Assembly (NCBI RefSeq): GCF_000002075.1
Contig: NW_004797816.1
Location: 239,647-303,646, forward strand
Length of the DNA: 64,000 nucleotides
DNA from: Aplysia californica
Lineage: Eukaryota
Direction: 5' to 3'
Shown: positions 53,901 to 64,000 of the stretch, in pieces
Numbering within the stretch: the stretch's first letter is position 1
How the letters are laid out: each line of letters starts with the position of its first letter
Notes under the pieces: generated by a model
Told to the model about the DNA's origin: nothing
Database searches by the model: none
Seen by the model: only the letters and a program-made list of their open reading frames with translations
Program-made: the position numbers and the translations under genes

Positions 53901-54749
53901 CACTTCAGTCAGTATCGATATCCATTAGTCTTTGCATGTGTGATTTAGTGCTAGATCTAGATCTAGATCTAGATCTAACAGGACCGCAATTGTACAGGAG
54001 TGCCCCCATCATTAGCTCATTAGCCTTTTTAGGGAAGTCCTCCCTCTCCGAGCCTCCAACTCCGACCCCACCGGCCCACGCATCTTCTCTGTACTACTGT
54101 AGTGATAGAAGGCTACACACAAACACATTGACATTTCCTCTCTCACAACACAATAGATAGATCTCTAGATCTAGATTCTATATCTAGATCTAGACAGATT
54201 AGTGTTTAGATCTAGATCTAGACTAGATCTAGTTCACGTCGTATCAAGTCTTAAGACTTTAGGTAAGATTGAAGAATACCGGACCAGCGGACTGACTTTG
54301 CCTATGTCTCAACTTAGGAATTCATAATTTTGCCGTTTTTAATATCTCTCTCAATGGAGAATCTCCGACCGGTAGATCTATTCACTAAAATTTTGTCAGG
54401 GGGCAGACCCCCCTGGACCCCTCCTCCCACTTTCTCGCGCAATAATGTACGAGTGGTCCGGTATTCTTCAATCTTCCCAGTCTTTAGTACAAATAAGCCC
54501 ACAGCAAAATACAGCAATGCAGTCCGGGCGACTCAAGACACCCTGTGGCTATTATTTTCATTTTCATCTCCGACATCATTTTATTTTTGTTAAATCCACG
54601 TGGGTTATGATGTTGACGTTGGTAACTCGTTAATTTCAATGCCCAGGTCAAGCTGGGACATACGTCAAAGCAAAATACAACCTTCTCCTTTTGAAGAAAT
54701 GGTAAATAATATCAAGTTGACAATTTGGACACTTACTTATCTTCGCCAT
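32894..54749 (-). CDS. GNL3L: Guanine nucleotide-binding protein-like 3 (GNL3/GNL3L, nucleostemin-family circularly permuted GTPase); 17 exons, 1806 nt, 601 aa
   Basis: Basic N-terminus ([36 protein letters not shown]), then DARDPLG, NKID (G4), GFPNTGKSS (G1), PGIT (G2), DSPG (G3), [12 protein letters not shown], an acidic tract and a C-terminal LSDAM. All 16 introns are GT-AG and phase-consistent. Confidence 0.93.
33128..33980 (+). mobile_element. piggyBac-like non-autonomous element
   Basis: TTAA|CTCAC ... GTGAG|TTAA; internal acidic ORF fragment ([15 protein letters not shown]) like a piggyBac N-terminus. Confidence 0.65.
33996..35083. mobile_element. Non-autonomous TIR element with 6-bp TSD (AAGTAG)
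   Basis: AAGTAG|TAGACCTGCATGT ... ACATGCAGGTCTA|AAGTAG. Confidence 0.85.
35303..35495 (-). CDS. GNL3L: GNL3L exon 16
   Basis: LKGVSVVP...KTKKKKKKA|gtaaga. Confidence 0.85.
35720..36073 (-). mobile_element. tRNA-derived SINE, internally deleted copy 3
   Basis: Same head and tail as the other copies; flanking direct repeat AGTGAGTGC. Confidence 0.85.
36418..36611 (-). CDS. GNL3L: GNL3L exon 15 (acidic tract)
   Basis: [14 protein letters not shown]...[11 protein letters not shown]; phase-consistent. Confidence 0.88.
36905..39197. mobile_element. pogo/Tigger-like MITE interrupted by a nested element
   Basis: TA|CAGTATAATCCGCTTA ... TAAGTGGATTATACTG|TA; subterminal TGTCGA motifs. Confidence 0.85.
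37411..38924. mobile_element. Nested non-autonomous TIR element with 6-bp TSD (CGTTAT)
   Basis: CGTTAT|CAGAGATGCCAACCA ... TGGTTGGCATCTCTG|CGTTAT. Confidence 0.88.
39590..39735 (-). CDS. GNL3L: GNL3L exon 14
   Basis: [11 protein letters not shown]...[13 protein letters not shown]. Confidence 0.93.
40353..40770. mobile_element. TTAA-flanked (piggyBac-like) MITE
   Basis: TTAA|CTCAC ... GTGAG|TTAA, the same termini as 33128-33980. Confidence 0.6.
40821..40963 (-). CDS. GNL3L: GNL3L exon 13
   Basis: [10 protein letters not shown]...[23 protein letters not shown]. Confidence 0.95.
41216..42636. mobile_element. mariner-derived element with duplicated, inverted 3' ends
   Basis: TA|CGAGGTG..AAAAGTTCCAGGA TIR; HDNVPAH and QPPYSPDLAQCD.FFFPKLK remnants on +. 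Confidence 0.85.
41473..42143. mobile_element. hAT MITE nested in the mariner element
   Basis: 8-bp TSD ATGTGAGG; TAGTGTTGGGCAG ... CTGCCCATTCCTA; ACCGGTAC subterminal motifs. Confidence 0.88.
42718..42783 (-). CDS. GNL3L: GNL3L exon 12
   Basis: [22 protein letters not shown]. Confidence 0.93.
43279..43390 (-). CDS. GNL3L: GNL3L exon 11
   Basis: [20 protein letters not shown]...LRNVVK. Confidence 0.94.
43665..43752 (-). CDS. GNL3L: GNL3L exon 10 (P-loop)
   Basis: [29 protein letters not shown]. Confidence 0.95.
44215..44353 (-). CDS. GNL3L: GNL3L exon 9
   Basis: ...[16 protein letters not shown]...INVGVV. Confidence 0.94.
45072..45395. repeat. Perfect 36-bp minisatellite, 9 copies
   Basis: (CCAAGATCTATTGAACCACAATCGTCATTTCTTCCT)9, no spacers. 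Confidence 0.97.
46050..46153 (-). CDS. GNL3L: GNL3L exon 8
   Basis: [29 protein letters not shown]. Confidence 0.95.
46393..47298. mobile_element. TTAA/TA-flanked non-autonomous DNA transposon
   Basis: TTAA|GCATAGCTGCCACT ... AGTGGCAGCTATGC|TTAA. Confidence 0.85.
47540..47710 (-). mobile_element. Old tRNA-derived SINE remnant (second family)
   Basis: GTGGTTAAG ... GGTTCAACTCCCGG head, then CCTCTGTTCACCCA core-like motif. Confidence 0.45.
47832..47967 (-). CDS. GNL3L: GNL3L exon 7
   Basis: [22 protein letters not shown]...[10 protein letters not shown]. Confidence 0.95.
48971..49066 (-). CDS. GNL3L: GNL3L exon 6
   Basis: IETSS...[13 protein letters not shown]. Confidence 0.92.
49261..49389 (-). 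CDS. GNL3L: GNL3L exon 5
   Basis: KEQERLKKK...[12 protein letters not shown] (coiled coil). Confidence 0.9.
50016..50098 (-). CDS. GNL3L: GNL3L exon 4
   Basis: [28 protein letters not shown]. Confidence 0.93.
50708..50762 (-). CDS. GNL3L: GNL3L exon 3
   Basis: [18 protein letters not shown]. Confidence 0.92.
51590..51642 (-). CDS. GNL3L: GNL3L exon 2
   Basis: [17 protein letters not shown]; ttccag / gtatgt. Confidence 0.9.
54252..54485. mobile_element. Small MITE in GNL3L intron 1
   Basis: AAGATTGAAGAATACCGGACCA mirrored by TGGTCCGGTATTCTTCAATCTT. Confidence 0.7.
54737..54749 (-). CDS. GNL3L: GNL3L coding exon 1 (13 nt)
   Basis: actATGGCGAAGATAA|GTAAGT; phase 1 matches the next exon. Confidence 0.75.
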
Positions 54750-55424
54750 AGTGATTGTGTTGCCTTTGCAAAACCAAAGAGTATGAACGCTGGACACAAA
54801 ATTCTAAGAGAAAACGTGAACAATGTTGGCCAGGCTCAGGGCAGCAAGAAAAGATGTTCGATCTGAACAGATAACTCATTCCTTTTTAAAAAAACCGCTA
54901 ACAATATATTTCAGACAATAAGCACTCTGGACAGGGATTTTTCAATACATTATCAAATAATAAACATATTTGGGCACTAAGGTTGGGAGAAAAATCTGAG
55001 GAATGTCCAAATCAAAGATTTAGACATTTTGAAAAATGCCCTTCTATTGGAGCCATCTTGGCAAGTGTGAAAGTGGAAGTAGACCCAGAGACTCTCTGGT
55101 AGACCAAACACATTGCCGGAAACACCAAGAACACAAAAAGTGCAGCAGTATAAAATGTTCGCCAAAAGTCTGTTTACTTCGTAGTTTTAGTTTTACTTTA
55201 TATAAATATTAATTTGTGTGCTTGCAAAGGATGCCCGCGCGGTTGATAAAATATTATTGTTTAGCATATTGACTTTTAAAAATTCAATCCTAGACACGCA
55301 ATAGAATATTGAACAGGCTTGATTGACCCCAAACCTGTCCATTAGTTTTACGCACTTTTCTTAATCTGTTGGGCCAATGAAATATAGGCCCCTATATCCA
55401 CCGTTACTCCCCCCCCCCCCCACG

Positions 55425-56028
55425 NNNNNNNNNNNNNNNNNNNNNNNNNNNNNNNNNNNNNNNNNNNNNNNNNNNNNNNNNNNNNNNNNNNNNNNNNNNN
55501 NNNNNNNNNNNNNNNNNNNNNNNNNNNNNNNNNNNNNNNNNNNNNNNNNNNNNNNNNNNNNNNNNNNNNNNNNNNNNNNNNNNNNNNNNNNNNNNNNNNN
55601 NNNNNNNNNNNNNNNNNNNNNNNNNNNNNNNNNNNNNNNNNNNNNNNNNNNNNNNNNNNNNNNNNNNNNNNNNNNNNNNNNNNNNNNNNNNNNNNNNNNN
55701 NNNNNNNNNNNNNNNNNNNNNNNNNNNNNNNNNNNNNNNNNNNNNNNNNNNNNNNNNNNNNNNNNNNNNNNNNNNNNNNNNNNNNNNNNNNNNNNNNNNN
55801 NNNNNNNNNNNNNNNNNNNNNNNNNNNNNNNNNNNNNNNNNNNNNNNNNNNNNNNNNNNNNNNNNNNNNNNNNNNNNNNNNNNNNNNNNNNNNNNNNNNN
55901 NNNNNNNNNNNNNNNNNNNNNNNNNNNNNNNNNNNNNNNNNNNNNNNNNNNNNNNNNNNNNNNNNNNNNNNNNNNNNNNNNNNNNNNNNNNNNNNNNNNN
56001 NNNNNNNNNNNNNNNNNNNNNNNNNNNC
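55425..56028. other. Assembly gap (604 N)
   Basis: Run of N. Confidence 1.
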
Positions 56029-56166
56029 TTACCTACAGACGCTCGCACAAATATATATATGTAATTAGATCTAAGTGTCTAAGTCGATACTTGATGTGTT
56101 TCAGTATTATGTTTGTATGTGTGTGTGTGTCGGAAAGGGGGGGGGGGGCACGTATGTATATCTATG

Positions 56167-56941
56167 AATAATGGGCTGAACGAGAGAAGCGTGCTGTCAA
56201 CTCACTCTTTATTACATCAAGGCTTCATAAATCGAGGACGACTCTGATTATAATCCCAAACATCACATTCAGCGTCTTTGTCACTTGAACAGAAATTGGC
56301 TCCTTTCTAAATTAAATGAAAAACTGCCCAATGAAACCAAACTGTGCTTAGACTGCTTATTTAATTAGGCGTGTTAGCGCTTTACAAGTGTGCGGGTGCG
56401 CGTGTGTGTTTATCCGTGTGTGTTGTAGTATTTATAGTAGGCGATAGTTCCACAACAAACTACAGACAATCTCAATAGCGATCAACCCATTTGCCTCCTT
56501 CCTTTTTCTGGTATCAGGCCCTATTTACGTGCCCTGTCTTATGTTTGAGTTTTAGTAAGAGTTTTATGGCACTTGCAACACAATAAGGTCATACAAGGGC
56601 CGGAGATTAGAGGTGTTACAAGGGAGTAACAAACACAACAAAAAAAGAAGGAGAGATTAGGACGATAGATGTTTGATAGGAGGGGAACAAACCACACCAG
56701 AGCAACCGCCAACCACTCACCTGTCTTATGTAGATAGAACTGACCATCCGAGTCTGCGTGGGGAAAGCGGTGTTTATGCAAAGGAAACTGTTGGTCTTTA
56801 CCGTGTCTCTACTCTTGTTGCTTTGACTCGCCGTCTAATTCATAGAACCTTTCTGATGGAGCCTTTTCTTAAGAAGTGATGTCTGCCTTGTGGAGAGTAG
56901 GCGCCTAATGTGCCCAGAACGAAAATGCTGGTGAGCTTTCT
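56167..56941 (+). repeat. Direct repeat copy A (~775 bp)
   Basis: Roughly 90% identical by eye to 59221-59993. Confidence 0.92.
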
Positions 56942-59215
56942 AGTGGTACGGGGTTTTACGGCGCTCGCAACTGCATAAGGTCATACGAACGCGCGAAACA
57001 AGTTGTTTTTTCTCAATAGCGTCAATATTACTAATTAAAATGTTTAAAACGCAAAAATCGAGTGTAAATCGATTTTAAATTTAAAACAATTTTCTAAATA
57101 ACACTTTAAAATTTCGAACAATCTATTTTATAACTTCCCGTAAAGGCCAATGGCCTTCATAAATCTAATATTCTGTTGGGAACAACGAGGGAAAAATATC
57201 TTGTAATTTTTTGCATTTAAATTTAAAGTATTTCCTTCGGGTCTCTCCAAAGTCTAGACATTCGGTAAAATGTGTCTAATGGTAAAATCTATGTTGCATC
57301 CGACACAGAACGGTCTCATCTCCCTGAAGGAGGTACATTTTGTATTTGTGTGTTATATTATTAGGGCCGTGTGCCCAATGCGTAATTGGGTAAAAACATA
57401 GAGTTACCCCCGTTTAAACGTGCGCATAGTGTACATCTATGAGTAAAAATGGCTTCGTCTCTTCTGGAGAGGCCCAAAGGATTTTGCGGTCCCAGTTTGG
57501 GTTTAATATTGTGAAGTTTTTGTTATTTGTTGGGTTCTTTTTTACGAAGGCTCTCCCACAGACAGGAGGGGTAATTTTTTACTTTATTTTTAGTCTGTGG
57601 GAGAGTGTTCGTTGTTGATCTCAACAGAAGGGAAAAGGATCTCTTCGCCAGGTCATCTACCTGCTCGTTTCCTCGGATGCCCAAATGGCTAGGTATCAAT
57701 GCGAACACGATACGTTTCCCTGTTTCAGTCAAGGTGTGCATTTTTTGTTGTAGCCTAACTATTTTTGGGTGTTGGATTGTGTAGTTAGTGAGTGCGGTGA
57801 TGCAAGACAGAGAGTCAGAAAGGAAAAGGAAAGATTTGTCAGGAGAATTTTCTATGGAGTCCAGTGCATGTCACTCAATGGCAGTGGCCTCCGCAGAGAA
57901 AATTGAGGCTTCGGGATGGAGTCTCCTCTGGTGTGTACTGTTTGAAGATAGGGCTGCGGCGCCCACACCAGAGTTCTGTTTGGATCCATCTGTGAATACA
58001 AGCTCCGCACCGGAGTATTTTTCTATAAGTTTTTTGTATTCTACTTTAAATGTTTTGGTGTTTGTGCTTTCTTTGTTGTGTATGGTCAGATGTAAACCTA
58101 CTTTTGCCTTGGTGAGGTGCCACGGAGGGAGGTCAGGGAAAAGAAATTGTTGGATGTCTTGTTTGGAAAATTTTATGTTTTTGAGGTCCTCAAGGACTCT
58201 GAGGCCGAAGGGTTCGATGAGGTTTGCGTTGTTTCGGAATTTGGTTATGGTTTCTGGGTTTGTTTGTTTTAAAAATGCAGTTGTGTGCTGGGTTCTCTGG
58301 TGTTGAGCTCTGTTTAATTGCATAATATTGTAGTGAGAGTTGTGTGCGTCTGAGTGTGAGTGATGGTATGTTTGCCTCGGCCTGGAGGCTCTCCACCGGA
58401 GAAGTGCAGAAAGCCCCCCGAGCGAGGCGGAGTCCTTGGATTTGCACTGGGTCAGGCATTTTTAGGATGTTTGGTTTTGCCGATCCGTAGACTTGACAGC
58501 CGTAGTCAAGCCTGGATCGGACAAGGGAGATTATGTACAAGTGGAGAAGGTGTTCTGAGTCCCCGCCCCACTCCGGATACGATAGAATTGTCAAAGCGTT
58601 TAGCGCTTTCTGGCACCTCACACGAAGGTCTTTGATGTGTGGAATGAATGTAAGTTTTTTTGTCGAATATAAGGCCGAGGAAACGAGCCTGGTCCTGGAC
58701 GGGAATCCTTTCCCGGTATAGTATCAAATCCGGCTGCAGTACACGTCTGCCTGATCGGCAGAAGTGTACTGCAACCGTCTTTGACGGAGAAAACTTGACA
58801 CCGTTATTGTTTGCCCACTTTTCAAGTTTGTGCAGCTGAGTTTGCAGCTGGCTTTCCATAGATCTTAGTTGAGGGTTTTTCGAACGGCAGTATGTCAACG
58901 CATAACGAGCTGTCTATGCTTTTTTGGAGGGTTTTTACGATGGAATCTATTTTGATTTCAAATAGGGGAGGAGAAAGGATACTCCCCTGGGGAACTTCTT
59001 CCTTCTGTTGGTAGGGGTCTGAAAGGGAGGATCCTACACGAACCTGGAAGGAACGGTTCTTCGGGAAATTGCCAATGAAGGCATGGAGGTGACCACGTAT
59101 GCCGAGTGCGTGCAGGTCTCTGAGAATGCCGTACTTCCAGTTGTGTTGAAGGCTTTTTCTAGGTAAAAAAAGATGGCGATCATGTGGCCTCCTTCGGCAA
59201 ACGTTTCGCTTAATT
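56942..59215 (-). mobile_element. 5'-truncated, frameshifted I-group (Nimb/I-like) LINE with RT and RNase H
   Basis: RT motifs AIFF.LEKAF and VPQGSILSP; KFSPSKT..FLGLIFD; LVRSRLDYG; RNase H motifs FTDGSK..GVGAA, SIFSAEA.AI and IPSHLGIRGNEQVDDLAK; stem-loop 3' tail. Confidence 0.92.
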
Positions 59216-59220
59216 GTATT

Positions 59221-59993
59221 AATAATGAACTAAACGAGAGAAGCGCCAACTCACTCTTTATTGCATCAAGGCTTCATAAAGCGAGGACGACTCTGATTAT
59301 AATTCCAAACATAACATTCAGCGTCTTTGTCACTTGAACAGAAATTGGCTCCTTTCTAAATTAAATGAAAAACTGCCCAATGAAACCAAACTGTGCTTAG
59401 TTACTGCTTATTTCATTAGGCGTGTTAGCGCTTTACAAGTGTGCGGGTGCGCGTGTGTGTTTATCCATGTGTGCTGTAGTATCTATAGTAGGCGATAGTT
59501 CCACTACAAACTACAGACAATCTCAATAGCGATCAACCCATTTGCCTCCTTCCTGTCTCTGTTCTCAACAGCGAAGATGGGCTCCTATTTAGATGCCCTG
59601 TCTTATGTTTGAGCTTTAGTAAGAGTTTTACGGCACTTGCAACACAATAAAGTCATACAAGTGCCGAAGATTAGAGGTGTTACAAGGGAGTAACAAACAC
59701 AAAAAAGAAGGAGAGATTAGGACGACAGATGTTTGATAGGAAAGGAGCAAACCACACCAGAGCAACCGCCAACCGCCCACCTGTCTTATGTAGATAGAAC
59801 TAACCATCCGAGTCTGCGTGGGGAGAACGGTGTTTATGTAATGGAAACTGTTGGTCTTTACTGTGTCTCTACTCTTGTTGCTTTGACTCGCCATCTAATT
59901 CATAAAACCTTTCTGGCGGAGCCTTTTCTTGTGAAGAGATGTCTGCCTTGTTGACAGTAAGGTGCCCAGAACGAAAATGCTGGTGCGCTTTCT
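59221..59993 (+). repeat. Direct repeat copy B
   Basis: Matches 56167-56941. Confidence 0.92.
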
Positions 59994-62891
59994 CCTTAAT
60001 CGTGGCCTTCACGTGAAAATTTCTATTGCACTAAACACTCTTTGATAAATTGAATTTGCTAAAGGTCGCAGTGGTGGAAAGCTTTACTTTTTTTTCTTCA
60101 AAACTGTAGTACTCTTTATCAAGCAGCTGCTTGCTATAATATAACTAAGTATAACATTGAAATCCAGGGAAGAGGTCTGCAGTTTCTTTTCCCAGTATAT
60201 GTAGACTAGTAGTTTTCGGTTGTTCTGCAGCTTCCCCTGTGTGCAAAATGCGCGTCTAATTGTTATATTTCACTTTATAGGTTCTGTTCAGCGCAGTCCA
60301 AGAAACACTTTCAGAAGTGTCAGTTTTTCTTTTCTTACTGCATGACATAAAATACGTTATCTAGCACTGTAACAGACTATGACAACTGTGTATGTCATTA
60401 TAATAGTTGTCTGTGTACACCCCATAGAGTACTATAGTGTACATCTATGGTACACCCTTTAAAAAAATCATGCCGATGGCAGGTTCTCAAACCAAGGGCT
60501 CGTGCAAGCCTGGGCACTGTTTACATATTTCTCAAGGGTATTTACTTGCACTAGCATCAACATCAATACAGGAAAGCTATCTTGAATTTTTGTGTCTTGT
60601 ACCCTTCAGAGAGTCAGATCTTCGGGGACTCACACACATACAAACAGGGAAGATCGCACCTCTACAGGTGGACGAGGTCTTACTTAATGTTGAATTGTCT
60701 TAGGATGCAAACGCATATGGCTTCACGCTCAGCACGTTTTCAACTCTCCTTTTTGGGGAGGGAAAGTTTGAGTTGATTACACAAACGTACTGACTTTACA
60801 TTCCTTTCTCTCTCGTGACTTAAAAAAATAACAATGAAACTTTAATTTCTACTTTTCACTCCAACTTCTTTAGCAATGTCTACTCACTGCTTGTTGACGT
60901 AATTTCTGTTTGAATAATTGCCTTGTGATTTATCAAAAAGTGCAGATCTCTTCTACACCGCTGCAATTAGTTAGTGCTTCTTCCATCTTGTCTGCTCAAG
61001 TTCTGAATCAAGTGTCTCAGTTTAGTTTTAGTAAGAGTTTTTATGGCGCTCGCAACTGCATAAGGTCATCAAGACGTGTCTGTCTCAATATATACCAGAT
61101 CTATATAGAGCCTACAAAAAGAAAGAAGTGAACAACCCAAACAGTCAAAACATGAAGGTCAAGGTCAGCGTGTTTACAATTATTTTTTAATTGTCTATAT
61201 TACAAAAATGGGCCTAAAAGTTAAAGTCTCGTGCTATTAGGTAATTTTCATTGCAAAATCCAAGTCTGAAGTAAAAAATACAATTTAATGCAATATTGAT
61301 TAAAAAGAATTTCAGCTTTCTACATCTCGACTGGCATTTTTAGAATTCCCGCCCCTAGACCTCAGAATGACGATTTGCAGAGAGCAATTTTACAGCAGCG
61401 GTAAAATCAACATCGTGAAGGGCCGGCCGTGTGTAAGTGTGGGGATTGTCATATGAAATCGGTGCGACGCCGGATATATTATGTTAAAAAGAAAGCTTCC
61501 GTCACATCTGCAAGTTGGGTGACGTTAATGTGAAAACGTGGGGAACATGAAGCCAGAGCCTTTGCAGCCTTACAGGTTCATTGTAAAAAAGAGTGCACAA
61601 AAAAGTATTCTCTTTTTTAGTCAGAGTTTTAGAATAATTGCAACACAATACAGTAATAAATCTAAGTGCTGAAGAGATGTTACAAGAGAGTCACAGACAT
61701 AAAAAAGGAGAGATCAGGATGATAATATGTGTTTGATAGGAAAGAAAGAACAAACCACACAAGAGCACTTGCCAACCACCTGCTAAAAATATTCATAGAT
61801 TGTACTGAAAAAGTGTTTGAATTAGATTAGAGTAAAGAGAAGTACATTGACAAAAAATAATGTTCATATTTTGTCGGGAAGAACGCAAGACAGATAGAAG
61901 AAAAGGAACAGGACCAAGCAAAGGTGCCTTCCAACCATCCACTAAAAATATTTAGATCAAAAGGTGAAACAACAAACAATATATGTTTAAATTTTAATCA
62001 GGTTTTACAAATTTTGCACCATTAACAAAACAAAGCGTAAATAAAATGACAAAAAAGCATAATTAAAGTGAACAAATAGGTCATTGCAGCTTTCCCCAAA
62101 TACCAAAGAAAAACAAGGCTGAACAAAATAACATACTCTTCAAACTTTTACCACAGAATGAGAGATGACACTTTGAGTACGCCAGCTGACAAATGCATAG
62201 CCATAAATTAAGAAACTGGTGAAGTTGGAATAAACAAAACCATACGCTACACTTGCAATCACTGTTTCAACAGTTCAAAATATAGGCTACTTTCCTTGGT
62301 TACAATGATGCTACAAAAACATCAAAGCAAACAATATCACAATGGTTAACCAGACACTCAGACGTGATAAAAGAAAACAATAAGATTGCATAAATACAAA
62401 CACAGACGTGCACACATTGTCACCAATAACATTTACATTTCTAATAAATGTCCTCTTTTTATCAACTGATCAGGAAATCATAGACCAGCAATGAAGACAT
62501 TATTTCTAAATAATATACAAATCAAACAAACTCAATAACATAGCTGGGTAAAAACATGTAAACATTTTCTGACACTGAACACCATTATTTTTTATAAAAC
62601 ACTTTACAAGAGTCATATACTAATTTTCAAGGAGAAACACTAAAATAATGCTGGTCATGCATTCTTTGTTCTACTTCATTTTCAAACAATAAAACAGATA
62701 CTCTGTGTGGTTCCGATACAGGCGCTTGAAATATTTGAAAGGCTGTAGAGCAGAAAAACAATTTTATGCATGTTTTCTCAGAATGTCAGAAGTTTTAAAC
62801 AACATTGGTTTGCTACACTGTTCACAAGGCTGCTTCAAAATCGGCACTTTATCATGTCTGCGACAATGACATAATTTTTCCTTTTCTTTAA

Positions 62892-64000
62892 CTCTTTATC
62901 TGCTCGGAGCCGCACACTGCATGACTGCATTCAAGGATGCGCTAAAATGCGAATGTGAAACTTTCCGATAGGAAGTTATGATTTTATGTTTCCCCAACTT
63001 CTGTTCTACCATTTTCAAGCTTTTCTTAGTTTGTAGATCGCTTTCTATTGCATTTTTGTTGTTGACATTTCTAACATATTTCTAGCGTACACATCATTGG
63101 CTGAGTTTCCAACATGTTGGATCTCCCAAGTTCATCTACTCGATTTTCGGGAATTCAAGCAGCGGAATTGATTCGAACTTGGATCCAAACACAAGATAAT
63201 TCCAAGTTTGTGTGATTGCGAGGAAGAGTATGAGGCTGGGAATCAGAATATTGAAGAAGAAAGTGACAGTGATGGTGACAACCAATCTCCGCAAAAACGC
63301 GCTAGGGTTGACACGGACCTTCTGAATGATGAAAGTGATGAAGAGGAAGATCAAAGTGTGAGTTTTGGGTAAAGAGAGTCTAAGGGCAAGAAGAAGGAAT
63401 AAGGGAAACAAAGCAAGCCTAAATCTAAATCTAGATCTAGCTCTAGACCTACAAGCAAACAAAGTTATGACGTGAGTGAGTGGGAATAAGTCAAAGCTGG
63501 CGAGACAACAAATTTCAGATTCGCCCCTGCTTTCACTGGGTCATGTGACAAACTGAATGAAGACTCTACACCTCTTGACTGTTTCAACTTGCTAGTCGAT
63601 GATGAGGTGAAGAAAACAATGGTCAGCGACATCAATGGTTATGCTAAAGTGAAAATATAGAAAAGCACTCCAAACATTCAAGGCTGCACAAGTGGAAAGA
63701 CCTCTCAGTTGCTGATCTGTTGAAATTCATAATAGCAACACTTGTTCTGTATCAGTAACAGACCTAGTACTAGTATAGAAGATTACTGGTCATCAGCCCC
63801 AGATTTGTATTTTCCATTCTTGAACAAGGTAATCAGTCGAGAGAAATTCAAACTGACCTACTCCATTATGCTTCACAGTGGAGATCCCTCTCCGATGGGA
63901 AGGAAAAAATCGAACCCTTCATAAATCTCCAGCTTAGGAAATGTCGTGCTGCCTTTTATCCATTTCAGGAGCTTAGTACAGAAGAAATGGTTCAAGGGTC
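62892..64000 (+). mobile_element. piggyBac transposon, 5' part with disrupted transposase (runs off the window)
   Basis: TTAA|CTCTTT left end; acidic N-terminus; TPLDCFNLLVDDE..INGYA, RPSTSIEDYWS..FLNKVISREKF, FYPFQELSTEEMV; stops and frameshifts. Confidence 0.88.

Noticed and set aside
55377-56171. Long ORFs of 264 and 214 aa
   Set aside because: Artefacts of the N gap
56167-59993. LTR retrotransposon
   Set aside because: The internal RT/RNase H is non-LTR type, with no gag or integrase and no TG..CA ends or PBS seen

Overview
Eukaryotic (intron-rich, AT-rich, repeat-dense) animal genomic DNA; the repeat content suggests a mollusc or similar invertebrate, which is inference. Three spliced housekeeping genes can be built by hand with GT-AG introns and consistent phases. 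GMPPB is on + with 9 coding exons (13546-20532, 360 aa). A GNL3/GNL3L nucleostemin-family GTPase is on - with 17 coding exons (54749 to 32894, 601 aa). The first two exons of LAMTOR5/HBXIP are on - (9658 to 4163); the ORF track misses them, and the gene is head-to-head with GMPPB. The rest is transposon-derived: tRNA-derived SINEs sharing their 3' tail with an RNase H-containing LINE in the same window, an RTE fragment, Academ-like, hAT, Tc1, mariner and piggyBac remnants, and many MITEs, two of them with unusual 6-bp TSDs and one with an internal telomeric array. There is also a perfect 36-bp minisatellite and a 604-N gap. No prokaryotic system or CRISPR array is present. Most short ORFs in the track are spurious.
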